Position numbers and translations under genes: made by a program
Assembly (NCBI GenBank): GCA_965223265.1
Contig: OZ244999.1
Coordinates: 864,001 to 928,000 of the forward strand
Length of the DNA: 64,000 nucleotides
Direction of reading: 5' to 3'
Origin: Planctomycetota bacterium
GTDB lineage: Bacteria; Planctomycetota; UBA8108; SXIK01
Notes under the pieces: generated by a model
What the model was told of the DNA's origin: nothing
Databases searched by the model: none
Seen by the model: only the letters and a program-made list of their open reading frames with translations
Shown here: in pieces, positions 1 to 8,864 of the stretch
How the letters are laid out: every line of letters begins with the position of its first letter
Numbering within the stretch: position 1 is the stretch's first letter

Positions 1-2
1 AG

Positions 3-893
3 TTCGATAGTGAGCACAAGCCGCTCGCTGCTGAGTTTCGCCGCACGCGTGTGCGCAATGACTTTCGACTCAACTACGACGAGGTCGACCTCATTCTGCG
101 AGGCGAGCGTCACCTGTTGGCTGAGCAGTTGCGTGCATTATGGCAGGTCGTGGTGTCCCTCAGAGGTCGCCGCATTGCCGCCGGCGGGGTGGCGTTGGAA
201 CGACCGGACCCGGACGTGCAGGTCGGCGCTGACGGTGCGATCCGGGTCGACCTGAAGGATCGAGACACTCCTGCAAATCGACTCGTCAGCGAGTGCATGA
301 TTCTCTACAACCACGAGGCTGCACGCTATCTCGTTAGGCATGCGGTCCCGGGGATCTTTCGCAGCCAGCAATCGAAGGTGGCGACGGATCCTGCAGTCGA
401 ACTTAAGGACCCATTCTCGCGCTATAGCTTTTTTCGTCAGCTGGGGCCGTCACACACTTCGCTCGAGGCGCTGCCTCACAATCTTCTCGGACTGGACTGC
501 TACGTCCAATCAACGTCACCACTGCGGCGTTACGGCGACCTTGTGATCCAGCGTCAATTGGTCCGCCATCTCCAAACTGGCACCCTCTGCTACAGCGCCG
601 AAGAGTTAGCCGATCTCCTGCGTCGCGGCGAGTCGGTACTGAAGGAACTGGGACGCCTGGAGGTAAAGCGAAAGCGTTACTGGCTGATCAAGTGGTTGGC
701 GCAGCAGGGTGAGCTTGAGATCGCCGCCTGCGTGCTCGAAGTGCGTCCACGTGATTGTTTGGTGGAGCTCATTGACTACGGTCTGAGAGGTCCGGCGTTG
801 GTTCACCAGCCGCACGAAGGAGACCATGTCACCGTATCCGTGGCGCACGCGGATGCCTGGGATGACGCAGTGCGATTCCGTCAGGTACGGTAG
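3..893 (+). CDS. RNase II/RNase R family (RNB domain) exoribonuclease, 5'-truncated by window edge
   Basis: Frame is open from position 3; motifs LVSECMILYN and HNLLGLDCYVQSTSPLRRYGDL match the RNB signature; S1-like C-terminus. Confidence 0.9.
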   Translation, partial: FDSEHKPLAAEFRRTRVRNDFRLNYDEVDLILRGERHLLAEQLRALWQVVVSLRGRRIAAGGVALERPDPDVQVGADGAIRVDLKDRDTPANRLVSECMILYNHEAARYLVRHAVPGIFRSQQSKVATDPAVELKDPFSRYSFFRQLGPSHTSLEALPHNLLGLDCYVQSTSPLRRYGDLVIQRQLVRHLQTGTLCYSAEELADLLRRGESVLKELGRLEVKRKRYWLIKWLAQQGELEIAACVLEVRPRDCLVELIDYGLRGPALVHQPHEGDHVTVSVAHADAWDDAVRFRQVR

Positions 894-1020
894 CGGTTGC
901 TGCTGACCTTCCGTGACGCTCTGCACTCGCCCGCAAGGGCCGACGTCATGGAGGCCGCGGGCGCGCGGCGAGCCGCCGCAAGCTCAAGACGCAGCCCGGG
1001 GGAACACGAGCGCGTGACGC

Positions 1021-2193
1021 CTACAACGACTTTCGCGGTTTGAGCTTTCGGAGCTCGTTACGGAACTCTTCGAAGCCTTCAGATTCCCGCAATCGTTTCA
1101 GGTCGCCGTCTGACCGCAAGCTCTCGAGGTGGGTCGGATCTAGCTCGATGCAGCGCCGCAGGTTCTTCTTGGCATTCTCAAGATCACCTTTGAGGCTGTA
1201 CGAACACGATGCGTTGTAGTAGACGAGTGCAACGTTCTGACGCAGCCGTTGCTTTTGCGCTGCACTGGATACCTGTCCCGAAATCAGCAGATAGTTGCGC
1301 TCAACGAGTGGGATGAGTCGCTCGTAACAACCAGTCGCGCTCGTGTAGTCACGGATTTCGTAGTAGAGCTCGGCAAGTCGAAGATCGCGACTCATGGCTA
1401 TGTCAGGATTCTCGACCAAACTGATGTCCAGTGACTCGAGTGTGCTCAACTCCTGGTCGACCGCGTGTGTATCCCCGAACACGGCGAGAAGAATGCCTAT
1501 GCGCTCGACAAGCGCTGGGGCGAGCAGCGGATCGTGGAAGAGCCTTCGTAGCTCGGGAAGCAGATCCCTATCACCCGTATCGGCGAGCGCGTTGCAAGCG
1601 ACCATGCGAATACCGAACGTTGTGGCTTCGTCGTCGATCAGTAGTAGCAGCGCCCCTGAGACGTCTTCTCCTTCTTCTCGGAGCTGATCGTACTGCCCGT
1701 CGTAGCGCAAGTTGGTGGCGAGTCCTGCTTGCAAAACCGGTGTGATCTTCGCGGCGAGCTGCCACCGTGCGATCTCCCGAAGTGCGGCGCGCACAGAATC
1801 CTCCGAGGCAGCACTCAGCGCTTGTGACACCGCGGGGAGACCGGTGGCGCCAAGCTGTATGAGTTCGTCGCGCAGGAGCTGGCGCTGTCGCTCGAGCCTT
1901 ACGTCGTTGGGAGCAGCGCTCGTCCGCCCGTACACTTCGACGAACTTTGCGACGGTTGCAGCTGAGTCCGCGCTCGCGATGGATGTACACACAAGCGCGA
2001 CAAAAAGCGTCAGCACTCGGCTGAGTCGTCGCGCTTCTCTTCGCGGCCGCGTCATGCGCGGGCTCAGGGAACGAGGAGACGTTCGAGAGAGATGAACAGG
2101 AGGCGCAGGCGTTTCGCTAGGTCGAATGATCTTCTTTGTGTTCATGATCGCTGGCTTCAGAATACCGGCCTTTGGGTCGATCGCCCAGCACAA
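1021..2193 (-). CDS. Secreted HEAT/TPR-repeat protein (true start may be 2145 or 2055)
   Basis: Hydrophobic signal-like segment (LTLFVALVCTSIASA), helical repeats, C-terminal TPR (YYNASCSYSLKGDLENAKKNLRRCIELDP...DGDLKRLR). Confidence 0.7.
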   Translation of the reverse strand: MCWAIDPKAGILKPAIMNTKKIIRPSETPAPPVHLSRTSPRSLSPRMTRPRREARRLSRVLTLFVALVCTSIASADSAATVAKFVEVYGRTSAAPNDVRLERQRQLLRDELIQLGATGLPAVSQALSAASEDSVRAALREIARWQLAAKITPVLQAGLATNLRYDGQYDQLREEGEDVSGALLLLIDDEATTFGIRMVACNALADTGDRDLLPELRRLFHDPLLAPALVERIGILLAVFGDTHAVDQELSTLESLDISLVENPDIAMSRDLRLAELYYEIRDYTSATGCYERLIPLVERNYLLISGQVSSAAQKQRLRQNVALVYYNASCSYSLKGDLENAKKNLRRCIELDPTHLESLRSDGDLKRLRESEGFEEFRNELRKLKPRKSL

Positions 2194-2390
2194 TCATTCC
2201 GTCGCGTCCTAGCCGTCACGATCTCGCCGCCACGATCACCTGAACATCATCACCACGCCTGGGCCCTCGCACACTGCGCGGTTGATCGAGAGCTGCTCCC
2301 ACGAGTCACTTCGAGGCGTGCTCGACTCGTCGTCGCCAAGAGAGACCCGCGGCAGAAACTCTTCAGGGCCCCACGGCTTTTGCTCGCCGT

Positions 2391-2556
2391 TTAACAGCCC
2401 GTTGAAAAGTCATTCGGCCGAGAAACTGGCCTCTTCACGCCCAGATCGACCGCGGCGAGCCTCGAAAATCTCGGAGATTACCTGCGTTCGCCGCGACCGA
2501 TCTGGACGCGAAGCGACCAGTTTTCGACTCGAAGCACTTTTTCAACAGGCTGTTAA
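2391..2556. mobile_element. Palindromic MITE copy 1 (IS5/IS1182-like ends), TTAA on both flanks
   Basis: TTAA-CAGCCCGTTGAAAA...TTTTCAACAGGCTG-TTAA; closely similar copies at 27343 and 49561. Confidence 0.85.
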
Positions 2557-3130
2557 CCACGGAGAACCAATCCCCAGCGAGCGGGCGCGCATCGCGCAAA
2601 CGCACCGCGAAGTGGACGTCGTAGCGTGGATCCGCGGGCAGGTCGAAGGCGTCAACACTGCCGTGTGCCTCGAGAATCCTTGCCAGTGCGAGGATGACCT
2701 CACTTGCACGTCGACTGCCTTCGACGTGTTGGCCAGCGAAGCTCCCTCGGTAGACAAGCCACCACTCCTCGGCGGCTCCTTCATAGAGCGGAGACAGGCC
2801 CACAGTCATTTCGTTCAACTCGTTCGGCTGCAGTGGGTGCGTTTCTCCGGCATTCGCGTTCGCGAGCTCAGCGATCGCCCGTTCGACAAAGAACTGACTG
2901 AGCCGTTTCCGGCTAGACGCCTCGGTAAGAAAGCGTTTCAGGGCGCGCGCCGCGGGTCGGTCCGGAGCGGCGACCAGAGCTCGCCCTAGGGCCACGTCGT
3001 CGTTTTGGAGACGTGCGTAGTGATATCGCTCTAACAGCTGATCGCGCTTCATGAGCGCGCCGAAAACGACGATCGCTGCGCCGAGGAGAAGGAAAGCCAC
3101 GATGCAACGAGTTCGCCTGGCAGAGCGCAC
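2435..3130 (-). CDS. Membrane-anchored hypothetical protein whose C-terminus reads into the MITE
   Basis: N-terminal TM helix; directly follows tkt; last ~39 aa are encoded by the MITE. Confidence 0.6.
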   Translation of the reverse strand: MRSARRTRCIVAFLLLGAAIVVFGALMKRDQLLERYHYARLQNDDVALGRALVAAPDRPAARALKRFLTEASSRKRLSQFFVERAIAELANANAGETHPLQPNELNEMTVGLSPLYEGAAEEWWLVYRGSFAGQHVEGSRRASEVILALARILEAHGSVDAFDLPADPRYDVHFAVRLRDARPLAGDWFSVVNSLLKKCFESKTGRFASRSVAANAGNLRDFRGSPRSIWA

Positions 3131-3136
3131 CGAAGG

Positions 3137-5146
3137 TCAGAGTCCGAGCAGCTCTTTCGCGGTGGCCGCGACTTTTTCTGCGGTGAAGCCGAAGTGCTCC
3201 GCTAATACCTTTGCCGGGGCGGAAGCGCCAAATCGGTTCAGACAATGAATCGCGCCGTCGCACGTGGAGTATTTCTCCCAGCCGAGGCTCACGCCAGCTT
3301 CGACGGCGAGCCGGCGTCGGGCGTCGGGCGGCAACACGGAGCTGCGGTACTCTTGTGACTGGCGCTCGAAGATCTCCCAACTCGGAAGGCTGACGACGCG
3401 TACACTGTGACCGCTTTGCCGCAGAAGGGCGGCAGCGTCCCGGCAAAGCGACAGCTCCGACCCTGTCCCGATCAGAATCAAGTCGATGTGGTCTCCGCTT
3501 TCTTTCTCGACCACGTAGCCGCCTTTTTCGGCGCCGCGACCAAGCCCCGTGTCGTCGTAGCAAGGTAGGCCTTGGCGCGTCAGTACGAGAGCTGTCGGCC
3601 CGTCGGTTCGTTCAAGAGCGCAGAACCACGCGGCTGCTGTTTCGTTGGCGTCGGCCGGGCGGATGACGTCGAGGCCAGGGATGGCACGGAGAGCGGCGGT
3701 GTGTTCGACAGATTGATGTGTTGGGCCGTCCTCTCCCAAGAAGATGCTGTCATGTGTGAACACATAAATCACCGGCTGGTGCATGAGCGCAGCAAGTCGG
3801 ATCGCCGGACGCATGTAATCGCTGAAGGTCAAAAACGTCGCACCGTAAGGGCGGACTCCGCCGTGGAGCGACAAGCCGTTCAGCATTGCCGCCATGGCGT
3901 GTTCTCGCACGCCGAACCAAAGGTTTCGGCCAGCGAAGTCTTCACGTGTCACCGCCGCGGCGTCTTTGACAGCGGTGTTGTTGGAGCTCGCCAGATCGGC
4001 GGACCCACCAATGAGCTCTGGAATTGCCTCCGCGATGCTATTGATCGCTGCTCCGGACGACGCCCGTGTGGCGATGGGTTTGTCGGCACTCGTCGCTCGC
4101 GGCAGTTTCGCCTCCCAGCCCGCCGGCAATTGACGTGCGTGCACCCGGTCCCACGTCGCCGCGGCGGCACGGTTCTCGTCCGACCAAGCCTTGAAAACAG
4201 CAAGCCACTTTGAACGTTCGGCCGCGCCACGCTCGGCGGCAGCCTTGAACAGCGGCCGCACCGCATCGGGTACGGTGAAGGGGGGGAAGTCCCAACCGAG
4301 ATGTCGCCGAGTATTTTCGAGCTCGTCGGCGCCGAGGGGGGCGCCGTGGGTCTTGCTTGTGCCAGCGAGGTTTGGGCTCCCTTTGCCAATCGTTGTTTTG
4401 CAGAGAATCAAGCTCGGGCGAGATGTCGCCCCCCTTGCTTCCTTCAGTGCTGCACGAATCGCGTCGCGATCGTGTCCGTCGATTCGTGACGTGTGCCAAT
4501 CGTAAGCCTCGAATCGCTTTTGAACGTCTTCACTGAAGGTCCATTTCGTCGGGCCATCCAGACAGATATCGTTGTCGTCGTAGAGAACGATCAGCTTTCC
4601 GAGTCCGAGATGTCCGGCAAGGGACGCGGCCTCGTGACTGATGCCTTCCATCACATCGCCGTCGCTTATCAGAGCGTAGGTGTGGTGGTCGACGACCGTG
4701 TGGCTGTCAGTGTTAAAGCGCGCGCCGGTGAGGGCTTCGCCCAGTGCGAGGCCGGCGGCGTTCGCCAAACCTTGCCCGAGCGGGCCGGTCGTGGTCTCGA
4801 CGCCGTCTGTCTCGCCGTATTCCGGGTGGCCGGGCGTCTTCGATCCGAACTGGCGAAAGTTTTTCAACTCATCGAGGGAGACGTCATATCCGCAGAGGTG
4901 CAGGAGCGAGTAGAGCAGCATCGATCCGTGCCCAGCAGAGAGGACGAATCGATCTCGGTCTGCCCAGTTGGGCTGTTGTGGATCGAACTTCAGGAACTCT
5001 GTAAACAAGACGTAGGCGATGTCGGCCGCACCCATTGGCAGGCCGGGGTGCCCCGAGTTCGCTTGCTGGACCGCCTCGGCGGAGAGGATGCGAATCGTGT
5101 TGACAGCGAGGTTTTCGAGGTCTGGTTGCACCGCAGCCGGCGACAT
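3137..5146 (-). CDS. tkt: Transketolase
   Basis: [28 protein letters not shown]-type TPP motif (SDGDVMEG), [15 protein letters not shown]. Confidence 0.97.
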   Translation of the reverse strand: MSPAAVQPDLENLAVNTIRILSAEAVQQANSGHPGLPMGAADIAYVLFTEFLKFDPQQPNWADRDRFVLSAGHGSMLLYSLLHLCGYDVSLDELKNFRQFGSKTPGHPEYGETDGVETTTGPLGQGLANAAGLALGEALTGARFNTDSHTVVDHHTYALISDGDVMEGISHEAASLAGHLGLGKLIVLYDDNDICLDGPTKWTFSEDVQKRFEAYDWHTSRIDGHDRDAIRAALKEARGATSRPSLILCKTTIGKGSPNLAGTSKTHGAPLGADELENTRRHLGWDFPPFTVPDAVRPLFKAAAERGAAERSKWLAVFKAWSDENRAAAATWDRVHARQLPAGWEAKLPRATSADKPIATRASSGAAINSIAEAIPELIGGSADLASSNNTAVKDAAAVTREDFAGRNLWFGVREHAMAAMLNGLSLHGGVRPYGATFLTFSDYMRPAIRLAALMHQPVIYVFTHDSIFLGEDGPTHQSVEHTAALRAIPGLDVIRPADANETAAAWFCALERTDGPTALVLTRQGLPCYDDTGLGRGAEKGGYVVEKESGDHIDLILIGTGSELSLCRDAAALLRQSGHSVRVVSLPSWEIFERQSQEYRSSVLPPDARRRLAVEAGVSLGWEKYSTCDGAIHCLNRFGASAPAKVLAEHFGFTAEKVAATAKELLGL

Positions 5147-5169
5147 GGGTTAATACTCCTGGACGGTCA

Positions 5170-5213
5170 ATTCTTCTCGGGGCTTATTCTTCTCGGGGCT
5201 TATTCTTCTCGGG
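5170..5213. repeat. 16-bp tandem repeat (ATTCTTCTCGGGGCTT x ~2.8) upstream of tkt
   Basis: Read directly from sequence. Confidence 0.85.
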
Positions 5214-5267
5214 ACGCCGCGAGCGGTTCGGGTCTCTTGACCCTCGCCGTCGATGCCCTTGGCCAGC

Positions 5268-5319
5268 ACCGATGTTCACAGTACCGATGTTCACAGTACC
5301 GACATGAGACGGTACCGAC
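5268..5319. repeat. 15-bp tandem repeat (ACCGATGTTCACAGT x2 plus degenerate copies)
   Basis: Read directly from sequence. Confidence 0.8.
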
Positions 5320-5425
5320 GACCAGCGGAACGAAATCATCCGAATCGGAGATCGTAAGTTGAGCCCCGCGTCGTCGCAACAGAAAAGACACGAACAGAAA
5401 CGTCGCCGCGCAGTACGACAGCGAG

Positions 5426-6754
5426 TCAGCGAAACGATGTTCGTAGCAGCGGCGCCAGTCGGCCGTTCTGGGCGAGCGTGGGCGCCGTGCCGTCGAGCCA
5501 AATGGCGTAGCGTTCGACGACGACGCTGCCGGTGCGCGGCGGGATCCAGCGGCAATTCGATCGGTAGTCCCAACCGAGTGCACCGCTCTCGAGTTCGTCT
5601 CCGTCGCCTTTGGCCATTGTCAGATAGGACCACGGTATGCGACCGAAGTACGAATAGTGCTGCCCAACTTGATCGTGTTTGTCGTTCTCCGTCGGGTCGA
5701 TCGGATACCACCCGATCCGCGGCAGATAGATTTCTACCCAGCGGTGAAACACGCGATCGACATGTGGCAGTGCGCCAGCCGGATCATCGAGCCAGCTGCC
5801 GCCTGCATAACGAGCCGGTATGCCGCTGAGGCGGCACAGAGCGATCATAAGGTACACGTATTCGGAGCAGGAGCCAGTGCCACGCTCGAGAACCTGCGAC
5901 GCTGAGTCCCAGGTGTCATCACGCTCGTAGCGCAGTTGATCGATCACGTAATCGTGGATGCGGCGAATCTGCTCGAGCACGCCGTCATTATCGGTGGCAC
6001 GAAGACTTCTTGCAGCGGCGATCAGGCGAGGGTCGCTGAGGCGGTACTTCTTTCCGTCACGCAGGTACTGACGCAGAATGCTTGGGGGAATTTCGTCATA
6101 ACCGCCAACGTCTCGTTCGGTGATATTCCACTGCACGTCGCGCAGCGACACGCGTACGGTCGCGTAGATATCGAGCCGACCACGAGCCGCCAGCTCGTCG
6201 ATGTGAAACAGAGCTGTTTGCTGACGCCATCCGTTGACTCGTGTCTTCTCTGGCGCGGGACGGAATGTCACTGAGTGGACTCTTTGGTGCACATCATCGC
6301 CCGGGATTGCGATCGCGACGTCGACGCCAAAAACAGGATTGTTTGAGAGATTGACGACGCTGTGAACGAACCGAAAGGTGACCTCGCGCCGCGGGCCTTC
6401 GTCACGAAGCAGCTCCCTCAGGCTTAGGCGCGACACGGCGGATGGGGCGATCGCTGAGCCGAGCGGCGTCGGCGTCGGAAAACTGTGTGCGCGCGCCAAT
6501 CGAGGCAGTTTCAGCTCTGACGCGGCAACGCTCGCATCCAGAGTATGCGCGTAATGGCCATGAACCGCAGGAATGGCGCGGCTGCTGCTCTCGTCGGCGA
6601 CCGGGGCGGTCCACGCGTTCGATGGATTCTCGGCGTCGTGGAGGTTCCGTTCCGGCCCTGCGCTGACCGGGTCAGATCGAAGAAGGCAGCAGGCGCCGAG
6701 GAGGTAGACAACCATCCGCAGATTGCCCGTGGGAGGGGAATGTACAGCACGCAT
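5426..6754 (-). CDS. Secreted transglutaminase-like domain protein
   Basis: Cys-His-Asp triad motifs GSCSEY, FHRWVEIYLP, GWYPIDPT; signal-like N-terminus. Confidence 0.85.
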   Translation of the reverse strand: MRAVHSPPTGNLRMVVYLLGACCLLRSDPVSAGPERNLHDAENPSNAWTAPVADESSSRAIPAVHGHYAHTLDASVAASELKLPRLARAHSFPTPTPLGSAIAPSAVSRLSLRELLRDEGPRREVTFRFVHSVVNLSNNPVFGVDVAIAIPGDDVHQRVHSVTFRPAPEKTRVNGWRQQTALFHIDELAARGRLDIYATVRVSLRDVQWNITERDVGGYDEIPPSILRQYLRDGKKYRLSDPRLIAAARSLRATDNDGVLEQIRRIHDYVIDQLRYERDDTWDSASQVLERGTGSCSEYVYLMIALCRLSGIPARYAGGSWLDDPAGALPHVDRVFHRWVEIYLPRIGWYPIDPTENDKHDQVGQHYSYFGRIPWSYLTMAKGDGDELESGALGWDYRSNCRWIPPRTGSVVVERYAIWLDGTAPTLAQNGRLAPLLRTSFR

Positions 6755-6966
6755 AGACCAAGATTCTACCGGCTGCTACAAGGGACTCCAAGAAGCGCTC
6801 ACGGAAACGGAAATCGTCGGCGCAAGCGCTTTACAATCGGTCTGTGGAGACGTTAGCTTGCCGTGCGGCCCGACGGACCTCGTCCGCGCTCTCGCCCGCA
6901 CAGCTCAGGGTGTGTGGCCCGAGTTCGAGCGCTGGCGTGCAGTTACTGAGGAGAACGAGACGAGCG

Positions 6967-7497
6967 ATGAGCGGACGACCGTACAAGGAACATATCCGCG
7001 AGATTCCGGATTTCCCGCGGCCAGGTATCAAGTTCAAAGACATCACACCGCTCCTGCGTAACGGGCCGATGTTCCGCGACGCCGTCGACGAGATCGGGCG
7101 TCACTGCGAAGAGGCCAGCCTTCACCCGGAGTACGTCGCATGTCCAGAGGCGCGGGGTTTTATCTTCGGAGCGGCGCTTGCTTACCGACTCGGCGCGGGA
7201 TTTGTTCCGGTGCGAAAGCCCGGGAAGCTCCCCTTCAACGTCAAGAAGGCTCAGTACGAGCTCGAGTACGGCACTGACACGGTCGAAGTCCACGTAGACG
7301 CCGTGGAGCCCCAGTCTCGTGTGCTGCTTGTCGACGACTTGTTAGCAACCGGTGGGACGATGGGGGCTTGCATCGACCTTCTGCGTGAGAGCGGTGCAGA
7401 TCTGCTTGGCTGCATCTTTCTCGTCGAACTTGCCTTCCTCGATGGTCGCGACAAGCTGGCAGGCTTACCGGTTCACTCGCTCGTGACCTATTCGTGA
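6967..7497 (+). CDS. apt: Adenine phosphoribosyltransferase
   Basis: IPDFPRPGIKFKDITPLL, EARGFIFG, PRPP-binding motif VLLVDDLLATGGT. Confidence 0.97.
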   Translation: MSGRPYKEHIREIPDFPRPGIKFKDITPLLRNGPMFRDAVDEIGRHCEEASLHPEYVACPEARGFIFGAALAYRLGAGFVPVRKPGKLPFNVKKAQYELEYGTDTVEVHVDAVEPQSRVLLVDDLLATGGTMGACIDLLRESGADLLGCIFLVELAFLDGRDKLAGLPVHSLVTYS

Positions 7498-7509
7498 GCG
7501 GCACCGAGG

Positions 7510-8337
7510 TTACATCTCGACGGCGAATCTTTTCTCGTGCGTCAAGATATAGTACAGCTTCTTGAGAGCCTCGTTTTCGATTTGGCGGACCCGCTCACGG
7601 GACAGATTGACGCGTTCACCAATCTCTTTGAGAGTCATGGGATCGCCGTTATCGAGTCCGTAGCGCATGCGCAGAATTTTTGATTCTCGCTCGTCGACCG
7701 AGGCGAGCAGCTTTTCCACCATCTCCATTTCGACTTCGTCGAAGAGGATCTCAGCGGGCTGGCGTGCGTTCTTGTCTTCGAGGATTTCGCTCAGCGTCCA
7801 CATATTCTCTAAGCTGATCGTCTGGTTTGACGAACTGGAAGCACGCAGCGCAGTCTTAATGATCCCCAGGTTCTCGGGGGGAATCTCCATTTCGTGTGCG
7901 ATCTCGTGAATCATCGGCGGTCTGCCCAACTTGATAGTGAGCTCCGACGCCATGTTCTTCCACTTCGAAATCAACTCGACCATGTAGGACGGTATGCGGA
8001 CTGTCTTGACGGTATCGATCAGCGCGCGCTTGATGGATTGTTTGATCCACCACGTAGCATACGTGCTGAAACGACACTCGGCGTCCGGGTCGAATCGCTC
8101 GACTGCCTTCAACAGACCGAGGTTTCCTTCCTCAATGAGATCGAGGAGGGATAGGCCGCGATCGACGTAGTTCTTCGCGATACTGACCACTAGGCGCAAG
8201 TTCGCCTTGGTCATCTGCTCGCGCGCCTCTGCATCCCCTTTGCGAACCTTGATGGCGAGTTGCTTTTCCTCGTCCGCGGTTAGCAGCGGAATGCGATTGA
8301 TCTCTTTGAAATAGGTTTCGAGTCCTGCTTCTTTCAC
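7510..8337 (-). CDS. RNA polymerase sigma-70 factor, RpoD/RpoS-like (no region 1.1)
   Basis: [57 protein letters not shown]. Confidence 0.93.
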   Translation of the reverse strand: MKEAGLETYFKEINRIPLLTADEEKQLAIKVRKGDAEAREQMTKANLRLVVSIAKNYVDRGLSLLDLIEEGNLGLLKAVERFDPDAECRFSTYATWWIKQSIKRALIDTVKTVRIPSYMVELISKWKNMASELTIKLGRPPMIHEIAHEMEIPPENLGIIKTALRASSSSNQTISLENMWTLSEILEDKNARQPAEILFDEVEMEMVEKLLASVDERESKILRMRYGLDNGDPMTLKEIGERVNLSRERVRQIENEALKKLYYILTHEKRFAVEM

Positions 8338-8864
8338 AGTCGGTTTCTATCGCATGGGGGCAAAATGGTTACGCCGACGACAGGGCGAGAGTCCTGCGTC
8401 CCTCGAGAAATCTATTCACGAGCCGCTGCCGGGCGCGGAAACGATCACCTTCTTGGGCGACGCACCGAAGCGATCGTAGAGCCACAGCGAAGGGCCGCTG
8501 CGTCACGGACCGAGTCGGAGTCGCCCCTCTGGAAGACCGCAGCCGAGCTTGCGACAGGGGGTCGTGGGTGGATGAACGGGTTTGGATTTGTTTGTCAGGG
8601 CGCCAGCGGGGTGACAAGTTCACTTTCCCCTTGGCACTAAGCTATCGACAAAACATGGCCGCGGTCTGAGCCGATTTCGGAGTTCTGTCGTTTCTGTATC
8701 TATCTTTTGCTTAAGAACTTGCGATACTTAAACAAAGATTGGACGGCGGCACGGGCGGGACTGAAAACGGGACGCCGTCTAGATAACGCACCGAGGGCGT
8801 TCACATGCGGTGCAAGTGTCGCAATCTACGACGTTTTCGCTGCGCCGCCGCGGCGCGGAGCAGG

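Noticed and set aside
2385-2560. MITE as an integron attC site (TAAC...GTTA ends, palindromic)
   Set aside because: The arms pair straight through with no unpaired spacer or R/L box offset, copies are dispersed rather than arrayed after cassettes, and no integrase is present
5170-5319. Mini CRISPR array
   Set aside because: Units are 15-16 bp in direct tandem with no unique spacers, and no cas genes are present
4493-5362. Long antisense ORFs (also 19237-19800, 43875-44516, 48157-49353, 58511-59305)
   Set aside because: They are shadow frames of well-supported genes on the opposite strand, as expected in GC-rich DNA
8640-8672. Sigma-28-like promoter on the minus strand (TCAGA...GTCGATAG)
   Set aside because: Spacing and -35 match are off consensus; too weak to call
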